Source: Tubulanus polymorphus
Taxonomy: Eukaryota > Animalia > Nemertea
NCBI RefSeq assembly: GCF_964204645.1
Contig: NC_134028.1
Location: forward strand, 10,354,001-10,418,000
Direction: 5' to 3'
DNA: 64,000 nt
Positions 38,686-51,380 of this stretch are shown here, in pieces. A model generated the notes under the pieces. It made no database searches, was not told where the DNA came from, and was given only the letters and a program-made list of their open reading frames with translations. Each line of letters starts with the position of its first letter. Within the stretch, counting starts at the first letter, position 1. Both the position numbers and the translations under genes were made by a program.

Positions 38686-39399
38686 GTCGTTATGTATTCG
38701 GAACAAGAGTGCAACGTTGTGCGTAGTCAGACAATGTTAGTATGGGAGATGACTGTCAAAAAGATGGCTAGAAAATAGATTTTGTTCAATCGGCGAGCCA
38801 TACGGACTTTCTTGGTACCGATGGAAAAACAACATCTTGGGGCTTCGGACGCTGGGTGTTGTCACCCTGACAACAAGTGCAGTGTTGCAATAATCGGTTG
38901 TCAAGGTGACGACGGTGCTTTTCTTTTTTCGTTTAACCTTATTTCTGAGCATCAACAAAATCAGCAATAACTGGTAAACTATGATATGTAGCCTTAAAAT
39001 TTCAAAATAAAATATTATTGCGGATAACTGTCAACCATTATCTATGAAATATAAATACTTCATGTAGGTATTTACCACTGAACTAAGCGGTTCTTTCCGT
39101 AATTTGCATTTTTTCCATGGTTCGGTCAGATTGATTATTCCTACAAAATTAACTCAAAATATTTGGATAACTTTGCATGCATTAAATGATAGTCTATGAT
39201 AACAGCTTCATGTCCATTGTTGGTAAAAGATCAAAAATAGTCAATTCCATGGTTACAAAGACAACAATAGATGATATGATGCATCACTGGAAATGCAGTT
39301 TTCTACCATATCTCTGCAACCAATCGAGGTAGGACTAGGAGATATCTAATATAACCTCTCGAATACCGCTGAAAACAATTACAAACATAAAGCCACGAA

Positions 39400-40030
39400 A
39401 GTCAAAACCAGCATGTGTAATTTGTGGAAAGTGTGACAGTTTGTCACCAGAGGAAAATAATAGTTTAAAAACTCCTTCAGAAAAAACATATAATGTTTTC
39501 CTATCAGCAGCGCAAGAAAGGAGAGTTTACCACAGAATTGGCAGTCTAGACGAGAATACTATATTTTGGCACCGGAACTGCTATGGTTCCTATACCAGCA
39601 AGACAAATATTAACAGAATAGTTAAATGCAAATAAGATTTTTTCTCGGATGGAAACAATGTTCTCGAATCTGCTGTGAGACCCAAGTGCGAGAAAAATAA
39701 TTGGGACCGCTGTATTTTATGCAATCAGCAGTCATCCAAACATGACAGGACTCTCTGTACCATCGAATCTTTATCTGGCGCGTACCAGCTTGCCTTTCAG
39801 GATTTGATGAAAGAATTGGAGTCAGTCATTTTTGTACAGCGGAGTGCTTGTGACATGTCGATGGTTTTAAGTGTGTACAAATCTCTACTTATTAAGCATG
39901 GTGTCATTGATTCTGATGCTGAAAAGTACACCAACCAAAACTTGAAGAAACGACTACTTCAATATTTTGGAAGTAATATTTGTTTCACTGATCGTAAGGA
40001 CAAAACTAAAAGCCAGCTGATTGCTTATAC
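39400..40030 (+). pseudogene. Fragment of a large DNA-transposon protein (possibly Academ-like)
   Basis: CVIC, WHRNCYGSYTSKTNI, WDRCILCNQ and LKKRLLQYFG motifs; broken by stops; family assignment is tentative. Confidence 0.42.
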
Positions 40031-40712
40031 GCCAGTAGTAATTGGAAAATCAGGGCTTCAGATCAGAGGGCGACACACACTCATCACCACAAGTAATTTT
40101 TTTTGACGCCTTATAAAACGTTACCATTATGAAACCTAAACAATGCTAACCATTCAGCGTCATTTTACAAACGACAACCGTAAATCGATGTGCAAAACGT
40201 CACAGGTTTATGTGTACACATACAAGCTATTTGGCAAAATATTATTGATAAAGATGTAGAATGGCTCCCTGTGATTATATAATGACCTCTATTTGAACAC
40301 CGGAATGTTATATTGCATTGAATATCATGAGAAGACGTATTGTAATAGTAAAAGATGTTTGATTATATCAGGAGCGGCAGGCATAAATAGAAATGATAAG
40401 TAAATCGGATTATTCGGTTAAATGGCGGATGTATACACGATTTGGAAGTCCGATATAAAAGTCAGACCCTGACATGGGGATGCTAGTGGAATGACGAAGC
40501 TATCTACGATCTGAGTAGGGCCGGTGTGAATTTCATCGGCGGCTACAAGCGGTCTATATAAAAACACGTGTAAACATATAATTTCAATATTCAAATGTTT
40601 TAGAAAATATGTTCGATATTAGGGGTATGCAGGTTTCATGAGATTAGCAATTTATAATAGCATAACTGTCATATACGGCTCCGCGTCCACTGATGGCATG
40701 TGTATAAGGTGA

Positions 40713-41052
40713 CAATTCAATTCAATACTTTATTGATCCTTATTACATTGAAATTCCGGGATAAAATTCCTAAATTCAATAAAGTTACAAATTTTAAACT
40801 AAGAAAATACAAAATACAAGACACACGGGTAATTCATACAGAATAACATGAATAAGTTATTTAAATGACAATGTCTACTTCAACCCAGACTCAAGTCTAG
40901 GATATCTATCGAGTGACAGCCAAACCGGGCCCCGGGATCCCGGTCGACCGGGCCGGCTAGCTACACGATATGCTCGAAGTCATGATGAAGCAGCAGACAT
41001 CAGAAGAGCTCTTTCTTCAACCATGGAGGCAATGAAGTTGCAGACCAGCTTA
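40713..41052 (-). mobile_element. 3' fragment of the same LINE family as 15008-17010
   Basis: Shares the ORF end (GCAGACATCAGAA..CCATGGAGGCAAT..ACCAGCTTA), parts of the 3'UTR and the (TTGAA)n tail. Confidence 0.82.
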
Positions 41053-41277
41053 GAGGCAAAAGTGAATCGAAATCGGTCACAAGTTGACAATCTTTTTTTA
41101 AATTAGACCAGTCGAAGACTCAGTATCATCTACCCAATCGCCAAATCTCATAATTCCCCAAATTTCTTAAAACTTCGATTTTCAAATTTGCAATTCCACA
41201 TTAGCTTATCCCAGAAATTCTACATTTTTTCGCAGGCGTCAAATAATTTATTAAAGTTAATTTTCTTGTTTAAATAA

Positions 41278-41605
41278 ATGGGAGATAGAAATGCATTCTT
41301 AGCGGCAATAAATAACAGAATAACACCAGCAAAAAAAACGATTTGTAATAAAAAAGTTAGTCGATGTTACAAAAGAAATTGAACATAAAATATTAAGATT
41401 AGAAAAGATAAAAACTAAATACGGAGATACAATATCAGCAAATTTAAGTTACTGTAATGTTAGTACAACGCGAGAATTTAAAGTATTTTTACCTGATAAA
41501 TGGGTTTCATTGAGTACAGGGGAATTAAAAGATTTAGAAGGATTTAAAATAATTTACCACGGGAAAAATGAATACGGTCATCATGATTTAGAAGTTGTTG
41601 ATTAA
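41278..41605 (+). pseudogene. Small viral ORF (TKYG...KVFLP motif; possibly OB-fold-like), frameshifted
   Basis: Starts at the T-tract/TAAATG motif; AT-rich; convergent with viral genes at 41760-42667; not seen in copy 1. Confidence 0.5.
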
Positions 41606-41759
41606 ATAAAAGAATAAATTGATAATAAAATTAATTAAATATTAAGAATCCGAAATGACTTATCTGGACAATTTATGCTCCGCATAGATAGACAAAAGTA
41701 GTGAGATATTCAATTACTTAAAAATGATATTATTTTTTTTTGCTTTTTTTCTAAAATAT

Positions 41760-42667
41760 TAATCCATTTTTTTTATTGTGAAGTTTGGAATTTCAGAAGT
41801 ATTTTTATTTTTAATAGTAGTAGTTTCAGAATTATAAATATCATAAATTTTATTTGATTTTTTTTACCAACTACATCCAATCAAAATGAATACAATTACA
41901 AATCCAGTTGTAAAATATAGATATTTATCAAATATTCTATTATCAGAAGGACTAGAAATAACAATATTTCCACCATTTTTATTAACATCTTTATTATTTA
42001 TTTTTTCTTTTATAGCTTTTCTAAATTCTCTTGATTTAATTCCTAATTGCCGAGACCATTCAATTTGTTTCTGAGTTCTCGGGTTTTTTCTTCACAGTTA
42101 ATCCTTTCACCTCTTCCACTTCGCTTATTTATTGAAGACAAATTTTTACTTTCAATATTTGAAAATGTTATAACTCCAGTTGATAATAATGTCATAAATC
42201 CACCTAATTGAATTGATAAATATCCAATCCATTCATTTAATTCAGTCATAACTAAATAATAATTTTTTAAATCGAAATATAATTTATTTTCATCTTGAAT
42301 TGGTAGCATATATTTACATAATTTACTATAAACTTTTACTACATTTTCTGATATCGCATCATTAATTCCAGCTATTCTCGCAGTTTCATAAATCTTAAAT
42401 AATTTAATAATTTCATCTGATTTCATTGTATCTAATTCATTATAAGTTAAGTTTTTACTAATAAAACTTTTATATTTCCCAGATGCTATTAATATTTCAA
42501 ATTGGTGTTTGCAATAAAGATAATATTCATAATTATTGTTTGTAGTAATATCATTTAAAGCACCATTATCATCTGGTGTTAATTTTGTTTCTGTTACACC
42601 TAAATCATCCAGTTTTTTCAATTGGAACATCACTATTTCTAGATTTTATTTTCTTTTCACCTCCCAT
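41760..42667 (-). pseudogene. Polinton-like fragment: hypothetical gene plus small TM gene (homologues of 14046-14733)
   Basis: ORF 42043-42633 shares SFISKNLT.NELDTMKSDEII..YLVMTELN.WIG with 13837-14298. Confidence 0.85.
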
Positions 42668-43669
42668 TTATATAACAAAAAAATTAATTGTGTTGTTGCA
42701 ACTAGAATTTCACTCTAGAATTCAACTAGAATGTAACTAAAAATATACTAGATTAACAAGCTAGTTGAAATATTATAGTTTTTATTTATTTCTTGTTGAC
42801 TTTTATTTGATTTTTGTTTCAACTACCAATAACTAATTTCAACTAAAGATATAATAGATTACCAAGCTAGTTGAGTTTAAATAAATTCATATTTAAATGG
42901 GTGTTGAAATCGAAATAGTAATTTTGACCTTTTATTATCTCGAGCGAAGCCCACAAATCGTAATGGGTCCAAAAATCGAAATTTTGCTTACAAACGAGGT
43001 TATAACTTTGACACGAAGTCATGCAATCTACTATGTTTATGTGCAAAATGTAGCTTCATCAGCTGCTAAAATCTGTTGGAAATGGAATTTTGAATATCGC
43101 GTAATCGAGAAATCGACGAATTTGTGGCGATTTTTAAAGAAATTTCAAGGAGCATTTTGTTTCATAAAACGGCTAGAAGGCCGATGTACAACGTTACATT
43201 GAAGTAAAATAACTGCTCCCTGCGGTTGGCTGAGCTCCCGCTGTCAATCAATGTAAGGGCATATTCGATTGACGCAGACAAACCGGTCTTTTGATCTTCT
43301 CATCTATTAATCTATTAATCTGCTCGGTTCTAGTTTCTCTAGTTTCTCATTTCCCAGTCATGGGAGAGTCTTATATGTTTATTTTTAATTTGATAGCCGT
43401 AGTATCGATTCCGTCTCCCCATATCTATTTCATTATGCAAATAACCGAAGATTCAATCGATACGCTACTTCACGGAAGATTATGCGCGCACAATCGAATA
43501 GGCCCAAACCTCGTGTATTGCCGCGATGATTGCTGATTAGATTTCGATGATGTTGTTCACCGAAATCAGCAGATTTTACACATCCATGAAGTTTTCAAGG
43601 AAAACCTTAAAGATTCATCAATCAGATGGCGCCTATACATTACAAAGATACCCTTCTGCGCCCGAGATA

Positions 43670-44237
43670 TTAATATCCGTGGATCTCTTCTTATTTTTCA
43701 ATTTATCCGTATATTCATGATGTAAATCATGTGGAATAATATCATTTTCCTCAAGTGCATTTTTCATCGATTTTCTATCTTTATTGTAGAATAATACTAA
43801 AAATCTAAAGTTTTCTCTAAAATCTTAAACAATTGAATTATATTTTTGATTTAAACCCACCTTGTTATCCCAAAATGTCTTCCAGAGAAAGCTAAATAAC
43901 ATAATTCACTCTCTCTAATTTTAAAATCATGTAAATTTGCACAATCATCTATGATAAATAATGTATTTGCTCCATTATGAATATCAATTGCTATTTTAAT
44001 ACAATTATCTAAATTTTCTTTAACTGTTTTAGAATCTAATACAATAAATTTATTATTTCTAGTAATATTTCTCTCATAAGTTTGATTAAATTCATACGTT
44101 GGACAAAATAATACTATATTATCAAAATAGTTTTTATAAAGTTTGTAATAAATTTAATATAAATAAGTTTTTCCACAATTTGTTACACCAGAAATTAACA
44201 TATTATGAGGTTCAAATATAAATAATTCCTTATTCAT
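43670..44237 (-). pseudogene. A32-type packaging ATPase (second copy)
   Basis: ISGVTNCGKT, Walker B LFIIDDC, arginine-finger motif LAFSGRHFGI; frameshifted. Confidence 0.88.
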
Positions 44238-45305
44238 TTATATATCTTTAATTTTTTTACTTGAGAGTATCCATTCGTTAAATTTATCCGGCCATCCAAC
44301 CCATTTTACAAAAGAATTTTTTTTCTTTTTCTTTTAACAGTTTTTGCTTTTAGTATTTATTCAATTTTATATTCTTGTTCTAGATTTTCAGTAGTTGAAC
44401 TTAATTCTTCTTCATACCCATCAACTTCTTTACCATCTAAATCTTCTAATTTATAGACATGGTTTTGTTGTTATTACCTTTTTTATTTTATATATTTCTC
44501 TAGTAAAATTACGATCGTATCCTTTGTCAAATATCTTTTTATACTTAGAAATTCTAACATTTTGACCAATTTTAAATTTAGGTTCACAAAAATCATCTAC
44601 AAGAAATGTTCCATATAAATTATTCCAAAGAATTTCAATTTTGGTAAAATATCAATCCATTTATAAGTATTATTTGCTGTGAAATATTTTGATATCTATC
44701 AAATACTTTTCCATCATAAAATTGTATTTTTTCTGGCTTTAGTTTACCACCTGAAAGAAATTTTCTTAAAACTAATGATGTTTGTGCAGCATCTTTTTTA
44801 TAAAGTGGGAAGCTCCACACATAACGACTAAAAATATCAATTATATTTAATATCCACCAATAATCATTATTATCTTTTTAAAGATTTTTCATATCAATTA
44901 TATCTCACTGCCACTGTTGATCTACATAACTTACCATAGTTTTACGAGTTTTATATTTTCTAACAATTTTTTTATGTGTAGTATATGTTGGTTGTTCTAA
45001 CATGAAATCATTTATATCTTTATATTTAACTAAATTTTGTGGGATTATCTTATCTAATTTATCTTGTTTTACTTGGCACCATATACTTTTTGCAGAAGAA
45101 TAAGCAACCGAACTCTCAGGGTTATAATATAAATTTCTTGAATATTTTTCTTTATGATTAGGAGTTTTTTACCCCCATTTATATATCGTTAATTTTAACT
45201 TAATATTTTTAATATTGAATACTATCTAATTGAGAATTTATAATATTTAATTGCGCATCAGATATAATATAAATATGCATTTTATAATTTAAACCTCCTT
45301 TTTTC
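44238..45305 (-). pseudogene. Integrase (44238-45178, internally deleted) and MCP C-terminus (~45210-45305), second copy
   Basis: Reverse-complement match to 12590-13836. Confidence 0.88.
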
Positions 45306-45469
45306 TATTTAGCCAAGGCTAACATTAGGGCTTCTTCGGTCCATCAGAACTAAGAGTAAATACTACCGAAAATATAAAAGAACAAAGCGACCGTGTCATT
45401 TCGAACAATATAGGGAATACCGTAATAAGTTACATAGATTGCTTAGAGTTGCTGAAAAGCGTTATTGTG

Positions 45470-45690
45470 CGGAATCCTTATTTAATGTGACGGTTGACCA
45501 GGTCGTTGGACCCTACATTTTTGAGAATGGAGAAGCTGTTACCATAAATGGAGCACGCTATGGGAGTATGTGCTAACTAAATTCTTCATTCAAATGAAGA
45601 ATTCACACACATGAAACCCATACTGCGAAACTGACATTAGATGTTCTACGTCAGAATTTTGGAAAGAGAATTCTCTCACTCTTGTGAATG
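45470..45690 (+). pseudogene. Tc1/mariner transposase fragment
   Basis: VVGPYIFENGEAVTINGARY..M and HTAKLTLDVLRQNFGKRILS. Confidence 0.65.
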
Positions 45691-46508
45691 GCTGCCAAAA
45701 AAGGTCATACGCCGGCCATCTTCTGTCCGATCTTTGGGTTCATCAGATATGACAAACAATTAGGAAGCTATAGGTTTTATAATTCAGGGTAAGGATTACA
45801 GGATCACAGGATAGCCATCTTGCGTCTGATTGATCAAATTTTTCTTAGACTGATGTACCATGAGGTAATTCAATCAAATGTGAAAGATCATTATAATTGA
45901 TAGAAGCATCTTCAAAATTTCCTTGAAAACTTCAAAAATGTATGTTACCGGGTAAGAGCTGATTTTGACAAACAGCTGCCAGTTGGCAGTCCTAAGGCTG
46001 AAGATGTGTCTAGGGTAGATCAAGATGATTCAATGAAGCGCCTTCAAAAAAGATGGAAAAAAAGTGAACGCAATAGCCCGCTGGGACTTAAGTCCTAAGT
46101 GGGCTCCAATATATTTTGATGATACAGAAGCTATAACGTACATTATTACATTTCCATGGTTTATTAATAGACACTAGTATTTCATTACTAATTTGTTAGT
46201 TAATTTAACACATTAAACACAGCAGGCAAAATAGTTCTTATACATGTACATGTACATTAATGTAGATAAAGTACAGTAGACTTCGGTTACCTAGATATCT
46301 GGGGACCGTAAAAAATTATCTGAGGTGAATGATGTTCGATCAGATTGATGTAAAAGATTTTGTTTTTCAGGAGATATGGAAGAATGCAAAATACACTGTA
46401 CTACCTGTCGCTTGAATAATTATTGTGACTTACGGCTAAAAAGATTGATACATTGTTTTTCCACTCTGTTTAGTTTAATAGTTGACCCAGCTGGACCACC
46501 TATCTACC

Positions 46509-46917
46509 GAGAGCGTTCACAAATTACGTACCTCAAAATCTGTTTTTCTGACCCCTTGTACCACCTTTGTATCAAATTCACTGACCCCCTCTTAGGTACG
46601 TACCATGGCGCCAATGACCCCCCCCCCCATTTATACCAAGTACACATAGAGTCCGATATAAAATAAATGTCATAACAAAAGAATTAAGCAAGTATTGTTG
46701 TTCATTGATTTTATATACCCGGTACTAAAAGCCGATAAAACACCAGTATCGGCTATTTTCATTTGAGATTTGGTGCATGAAGTACGTACCAAGATTGATT
46801 AATACCCCCTCCCTCAAAGTACATACCTTTGCTGATCCTCCTCCCCCATGTACCACTTTGTACCAAATTTCAGTAACCCCTCCCCCCAATAGAGGTACGT
46901 AATTTATGAACGCTCCC
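46509..46917. mobile_element. MITE (Harbinger-like TIRs)
   Basis: GAGCGTTCACAAATTACGTACCTC ... GAGGTACGTAATTTATGAACGCTC inverted pair. Confidence 0.7.
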
Positions 46918-48217
46918 ACCCTGTACTACTTAAAAAAAAAAATTGCGATAAATTTTTTCCATAACAGACCCGGCAGCTATAGTAGTGAACTGATTACAAA
47001 TATTTTTTTATTTTAACGACCTCGCCGCTGCGGAGAAACAAGGTATCATTTTTTTTGCATAAACAATAACTTATTCGTGTCTTTGCGCTGGACATGCAGG
47101 GAGCCTGAGTTACATACAGCTGTATTAATTACCAGGAGGGGTCTACTTGCTATTAGGGGGAGGGGGTTAAGCGTTGAAATTCATTCCAACAAGCAGAGAA
47201 AAAAGATAAAACAATATGAGGCAGTGAAATACATAATTTTTTCAAAACTTTTTAAAACTTAACGCTAGGCACAGCTAATAAAAATTCCCTTTTAATTATA
47301 GTATGCTACCACAGAATTACAAAATACATCAGATCATATCCCTATTCGGAACACACAGTAATCTAGTTTTGATCAGCTGTTGGCAAGGGCCTTCGGAAGA
47401 TAAGTTCTGGGCGATAGGTCAGTACGTAAATGCATCGTGAAACTCGAGGCGCAATACTACATAATTTTACTTTAAGTGCTCATTGTGTCTGAGGCAGGCA
47501 ATCAACAGATCATTTGTTCCGGTAAAATAGCTCCTAGCTAACTGAAGTCTACCATACAAGCTAACAAGAATGGGAAATATGAAATCTTTTCGTGCATCCA
47601 GATCCAATTCCATAGTCATTGGTAGCAATAAAACTAGTAATTATGAGTGTTTTAACCCAAGAGTCAAATATACAAGTACCAAGAACCGGCACCTGATGAC
47701 TCAAAATTCTCCTTTCACACAGTACAACAATAGTTAAAAACCTGGATCATTTAACTGGCCCACAAGTTGGTAACCACAGGTTACCAAATACCAAAAAGGA
47801 TGATACAATGGTGACAATATTAACTGAGGTAGATTAAACGCACACAAACATTGAGAAGGAAAAATAAAATATTCAACCACTTTTACAACTCACATCCAGG
47901 TAAACACATGGATTTAGATTTGGACCATTTATAACATACGCTATAATCAGCCAGTACCCACTTCCCCATGTATATTCATACACAAGGTCTTATGTCTAGG
48001 GGTCTTAGGTCAAGTGACACACATATATGGTTCGATACTAAACCTAAGACTTCCAAATGTCATATCTCTGATGAATAAACCAATTTGAGATGGCTTTTTT
48101 TAACTGATATACGTATATTAGAACCATTTTAATAGTTGGAGGACGAGTGTCGCTAGTACGCCTAGCCGACGTATTTATATATAATCGATAAAATCGACAT
48201 CATTTGTTCACTCTATT

Positions 48218-48225
48218 CACACACA

Positions 48226-48278
<53 letters not shown>
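48218..48278. repeat. (CACG)n/(CA)n microsatellite
   Basis: Read directly from the sequence. Confidence 0.95.
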
Positions 48279-48281
<3 letters not shown>

Positions 48282-48745
48282 CAGGACAACTCACTAACAT
48301 GCATTAATCATGTCATAAACAACAGTAGCAACAGTATACAGTGGTATGAGTTAATTAATTCAAAGTCACTTCCAAAACGATAAAATACTGTGTAAAACTA
48401 ATGAAATGACAGGAAACCATAAGTACATGTATTTCAAAAATGCACATCTGCTTACATAAACAATAACATTGAGCATGTGCTGAAATTTAGCTTTTTAGAA
48501 ATTGTATTTCCCAGTTATTACTGACCTAAACAAACCTGTGGCATATTTGATATTTGTGAATACAGTATATGACATTTGAAAATAACTTAATAGTGGTACA
48601 CAATATTCTTTTTATATGCCCTTTAAGATAATTTTGTAATGGCATAAACATAATACCTAAAACCAAATTGTTATTGTGTACTTTGGGCAAATTCAAAGTG
48701 GTTCTAATATACATGAACCGATAACACTAAGAAGTCGAAGCTTTA

Positions 48746-49240
48746 AGGCTGGCTTATGTCGACAAGCAACGCGACGCCTACTGACGCAACTAGGTTTATC
48801 GCCGATTAGCGGCAACTAGCGGCCTACGAGAGGCCGCCAGTTGCTGCTCTATCGAGTCGACATAAGCCGGCCTGCGAATTATGGTGTGAGCGGCCATCTT
48901 TATATGATGTCGCTAGCTCATTGTATTCAAAACAGAATCAGAAAGATAAAGATCTTATAGAAATAACTTTTCTAATAGAAATGTATTTCCCAATAATTCA
49001 AAATAAATCAAATTTATTCTCAAAATGCTTATCACGTGACCATCTGAGCCGTTGCAGTTGCCAGTAATCATAACCGACATAAGCACGGAAGCAACTGGAA
49101 GATCTCGTATCCCGATAGTCGGCCTCAGTTGCTGCGAATCGGAGCGCAGTCGACATAAGCTGGGCTGCGATCGCGGTTGCTCTCAGTAACGTCGGTAGGA
49201 GTCGGTAGACGTCGCGTTGCTTGTCGACATAAGCCAGCCT
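48746..49240 (+). mobile_element. Second, internally deleted copy of the Harbinger element at 30053-30856 (opposite orientation)
   Basis: Same TIRs; TTA target duplication at 48743-48745 and 49241-49243. Confidence 0.88.
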
Positions 49241-49681
49241 TTAGTGACTAAACCTTAGAAGTCTTAGGTTTAGTGACACCCAGAAAATCAGCTTACAGTA
49301 TACATGAACTTCTGGTTTTGTCACCAGTGCCACTAATTTTCTCATAAAATTGTGCATGTGTGTACAAAACTTATTCCCTCCCCCTAAGATTATACCTATA
49401 TGTATAAGAGTATACGCATGAGCATAATTTATATAGATGGTCCAATTTGATATGGAACAAAGGTTAAGAAGGATCTCAAATCCAAGCCTTAATTGTGCAA
49501 CTGGCCACAGAGTTGAATGCTGATAACTATAGGAGTTCATGAGATTCGCGTTTTCCACTGAATTTAACTACACATACCCGGTACATATACAACATGTATT
49601 TGAATCATGGTATGATTCAATTTTGAGATTTTCAGGAGATTAGTCTATCATGTCAACTGATTATGTATTTATATCAGTAGA

Positions 49682-51252
49682 TTAAATTGTAACATCTCTG
49701 GATTCATTCATTGTGATATTGGTTTCGGTTTCCACGTCATTGACGCCAGATATGTCATGCGTTACTGACATTGTATCATTAGAATCAGTATTAGTTTTCG
49801 ATTCAATTGTTGTTGGAAATATCGACTTTGTTGAACAGTCATTATCTGCAGTGGCTTGTCGCATATCGTCGTGGAGAGAATGTGTTTTGTGATGGCGTTT
49901 GAGTTTGTCTAATCGATTGAATTGATGACCACAAATTTCACAACAATACGGTTTCAATCCTTTCTCGTAGATGCGATGGTTTTTCAATCCGGTGCTAGTC
50001 GTGAAGGTTTTTCCACACTCGGTGCACATGTACGGTTTTAAACCTTTATGCACCCGGATGTGAGTCGTTAGATGTCCTCTTTGTCGAAAGGACATTTCAC
50101 AATATTCGCACTGAAATGGTTTTTCGCCGCTATGAACCCGTAGGTGTTTATTTACGTCTCCTTTCGTGAGAAACTTTTTACCGCAAACGGTGCAGACATG
50201 ATTTCTTTCCCCACTATGTATTTTCATGTGAGATTTAAGATGATCTTTAGCCGAGTAATGTTTTCCGCACACTGCGCATGTGTGAGGTTTCTCTCCCCGA
50301 TGCCAACGCTTATGTTTATCTAAATGACGGAGTTCCTGGTAAGATTTGCCACACTCTTCGCAGACGTGAGGTCGAGAATGACACTTGTTGTGAGATTTTA
50401 ATCTTGAACGCAAAGCAAATGATTTACCGCATGTTTCACAAGTATACGGCATCACCCCGGTGTGGATGTTCATGTGATCACGTAGATCGCACTGTTCAAA
50501 AAAACCTTTTCCGCAATCCGGGCAAATCAATACGTATTGTTTAATACCGTGCTGTCTTTGATGTTTAGCTAAACCATTCGCGGTTTTAAAGTTACTGTCA
50601 CCGCAATAACTGCAAATAAACGTCACTGTTTTACCCTGATCTTCTGAGTGAAATCTTCTCAAATGTTGCCTTAAATAATTTTTTGATTTGAATAATTTCT
50701 GACAAATTTTACACTGTAATTTGTCCTCTGTTTTACACTGTAGTTTTTCCTCTATTTTTGGTTCAATTCTTCCGGATTGATGATTGTCTTTATCGATAAA
50801 CATTGAACTTTCCCCTTCACCTTGAAGAGTAGCAGCGTCAAGTTTTGTTATTTCACTGTTTTCATATTGAGATTCACATCCTAGTAACGGAAGTTCTACA
50901 GGTGTGCCATCACCCACCAATGGTATTTCCATTTCCTCGAGGTCATTACTTTTACTGGTGGTGTTAACATCACCCTTCATTTCTAAAACTTCTTGAGTTA
51001 ATTTAACTGGTTTATTTTGTTTCCTTGAAGATCCAGATGCTTTCCGGTTGCTATGGTAAACCATATCGTGTTTCACCAGTAAACCAATATTAGGGAATGA
51101 TTTTTCACAGACTAAACAGAACTGTAGTTGTGGTATATGATCATTGTTATAAAATGAGGAGGCACCATTATGGTACCTATCATTGTTTCCGGACGTGTTG
51201 CTTTGATCACTATCATTATTACCTCGTACATCTCTGCAGTGACTATTTTCAT
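49682..51252 (-). CDS. C2H2 zinc-finger transcription factor, main coding exon (11 fingers, one degenerate)
   Basis: Open frame from the TTTTAG acceptor (51254-51253) to the stop; repeated C-x2-C...H-x3/4-H with GEKP-type linkers. Confidence 0.92.
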
Positions 51253-51331
51253 CTAAAATAAAAGAAAATAACTGGCTTAATTAATGCTTTGCCAGGCAAT
51301 GAGAAAAATTTACAAAAAAATCAAAACTTAC

Positions 51332-51380
51332 TCTTTAATTTAAGTTCAGCTGGGGAATGAATCCGATTGATTGCACTCAT
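51332..51380 (-). CDS. Probable first coding exon of the C2H2 gene (MSAINRIHSPAELKLK)
   Basis: ATG at 51380 with an upstream in-frame stop, GTAAGT donor, phase 1 matching the main exon; total 539 aa. Confidence 0.7.

Noticed and set aside
14760-41255. Segmental duplication of a virus+LINE junction (the same LINE family lies near both viral ends)
   Set aside because: Relative orientations and intervening sequences differ, so these are independent insertions.
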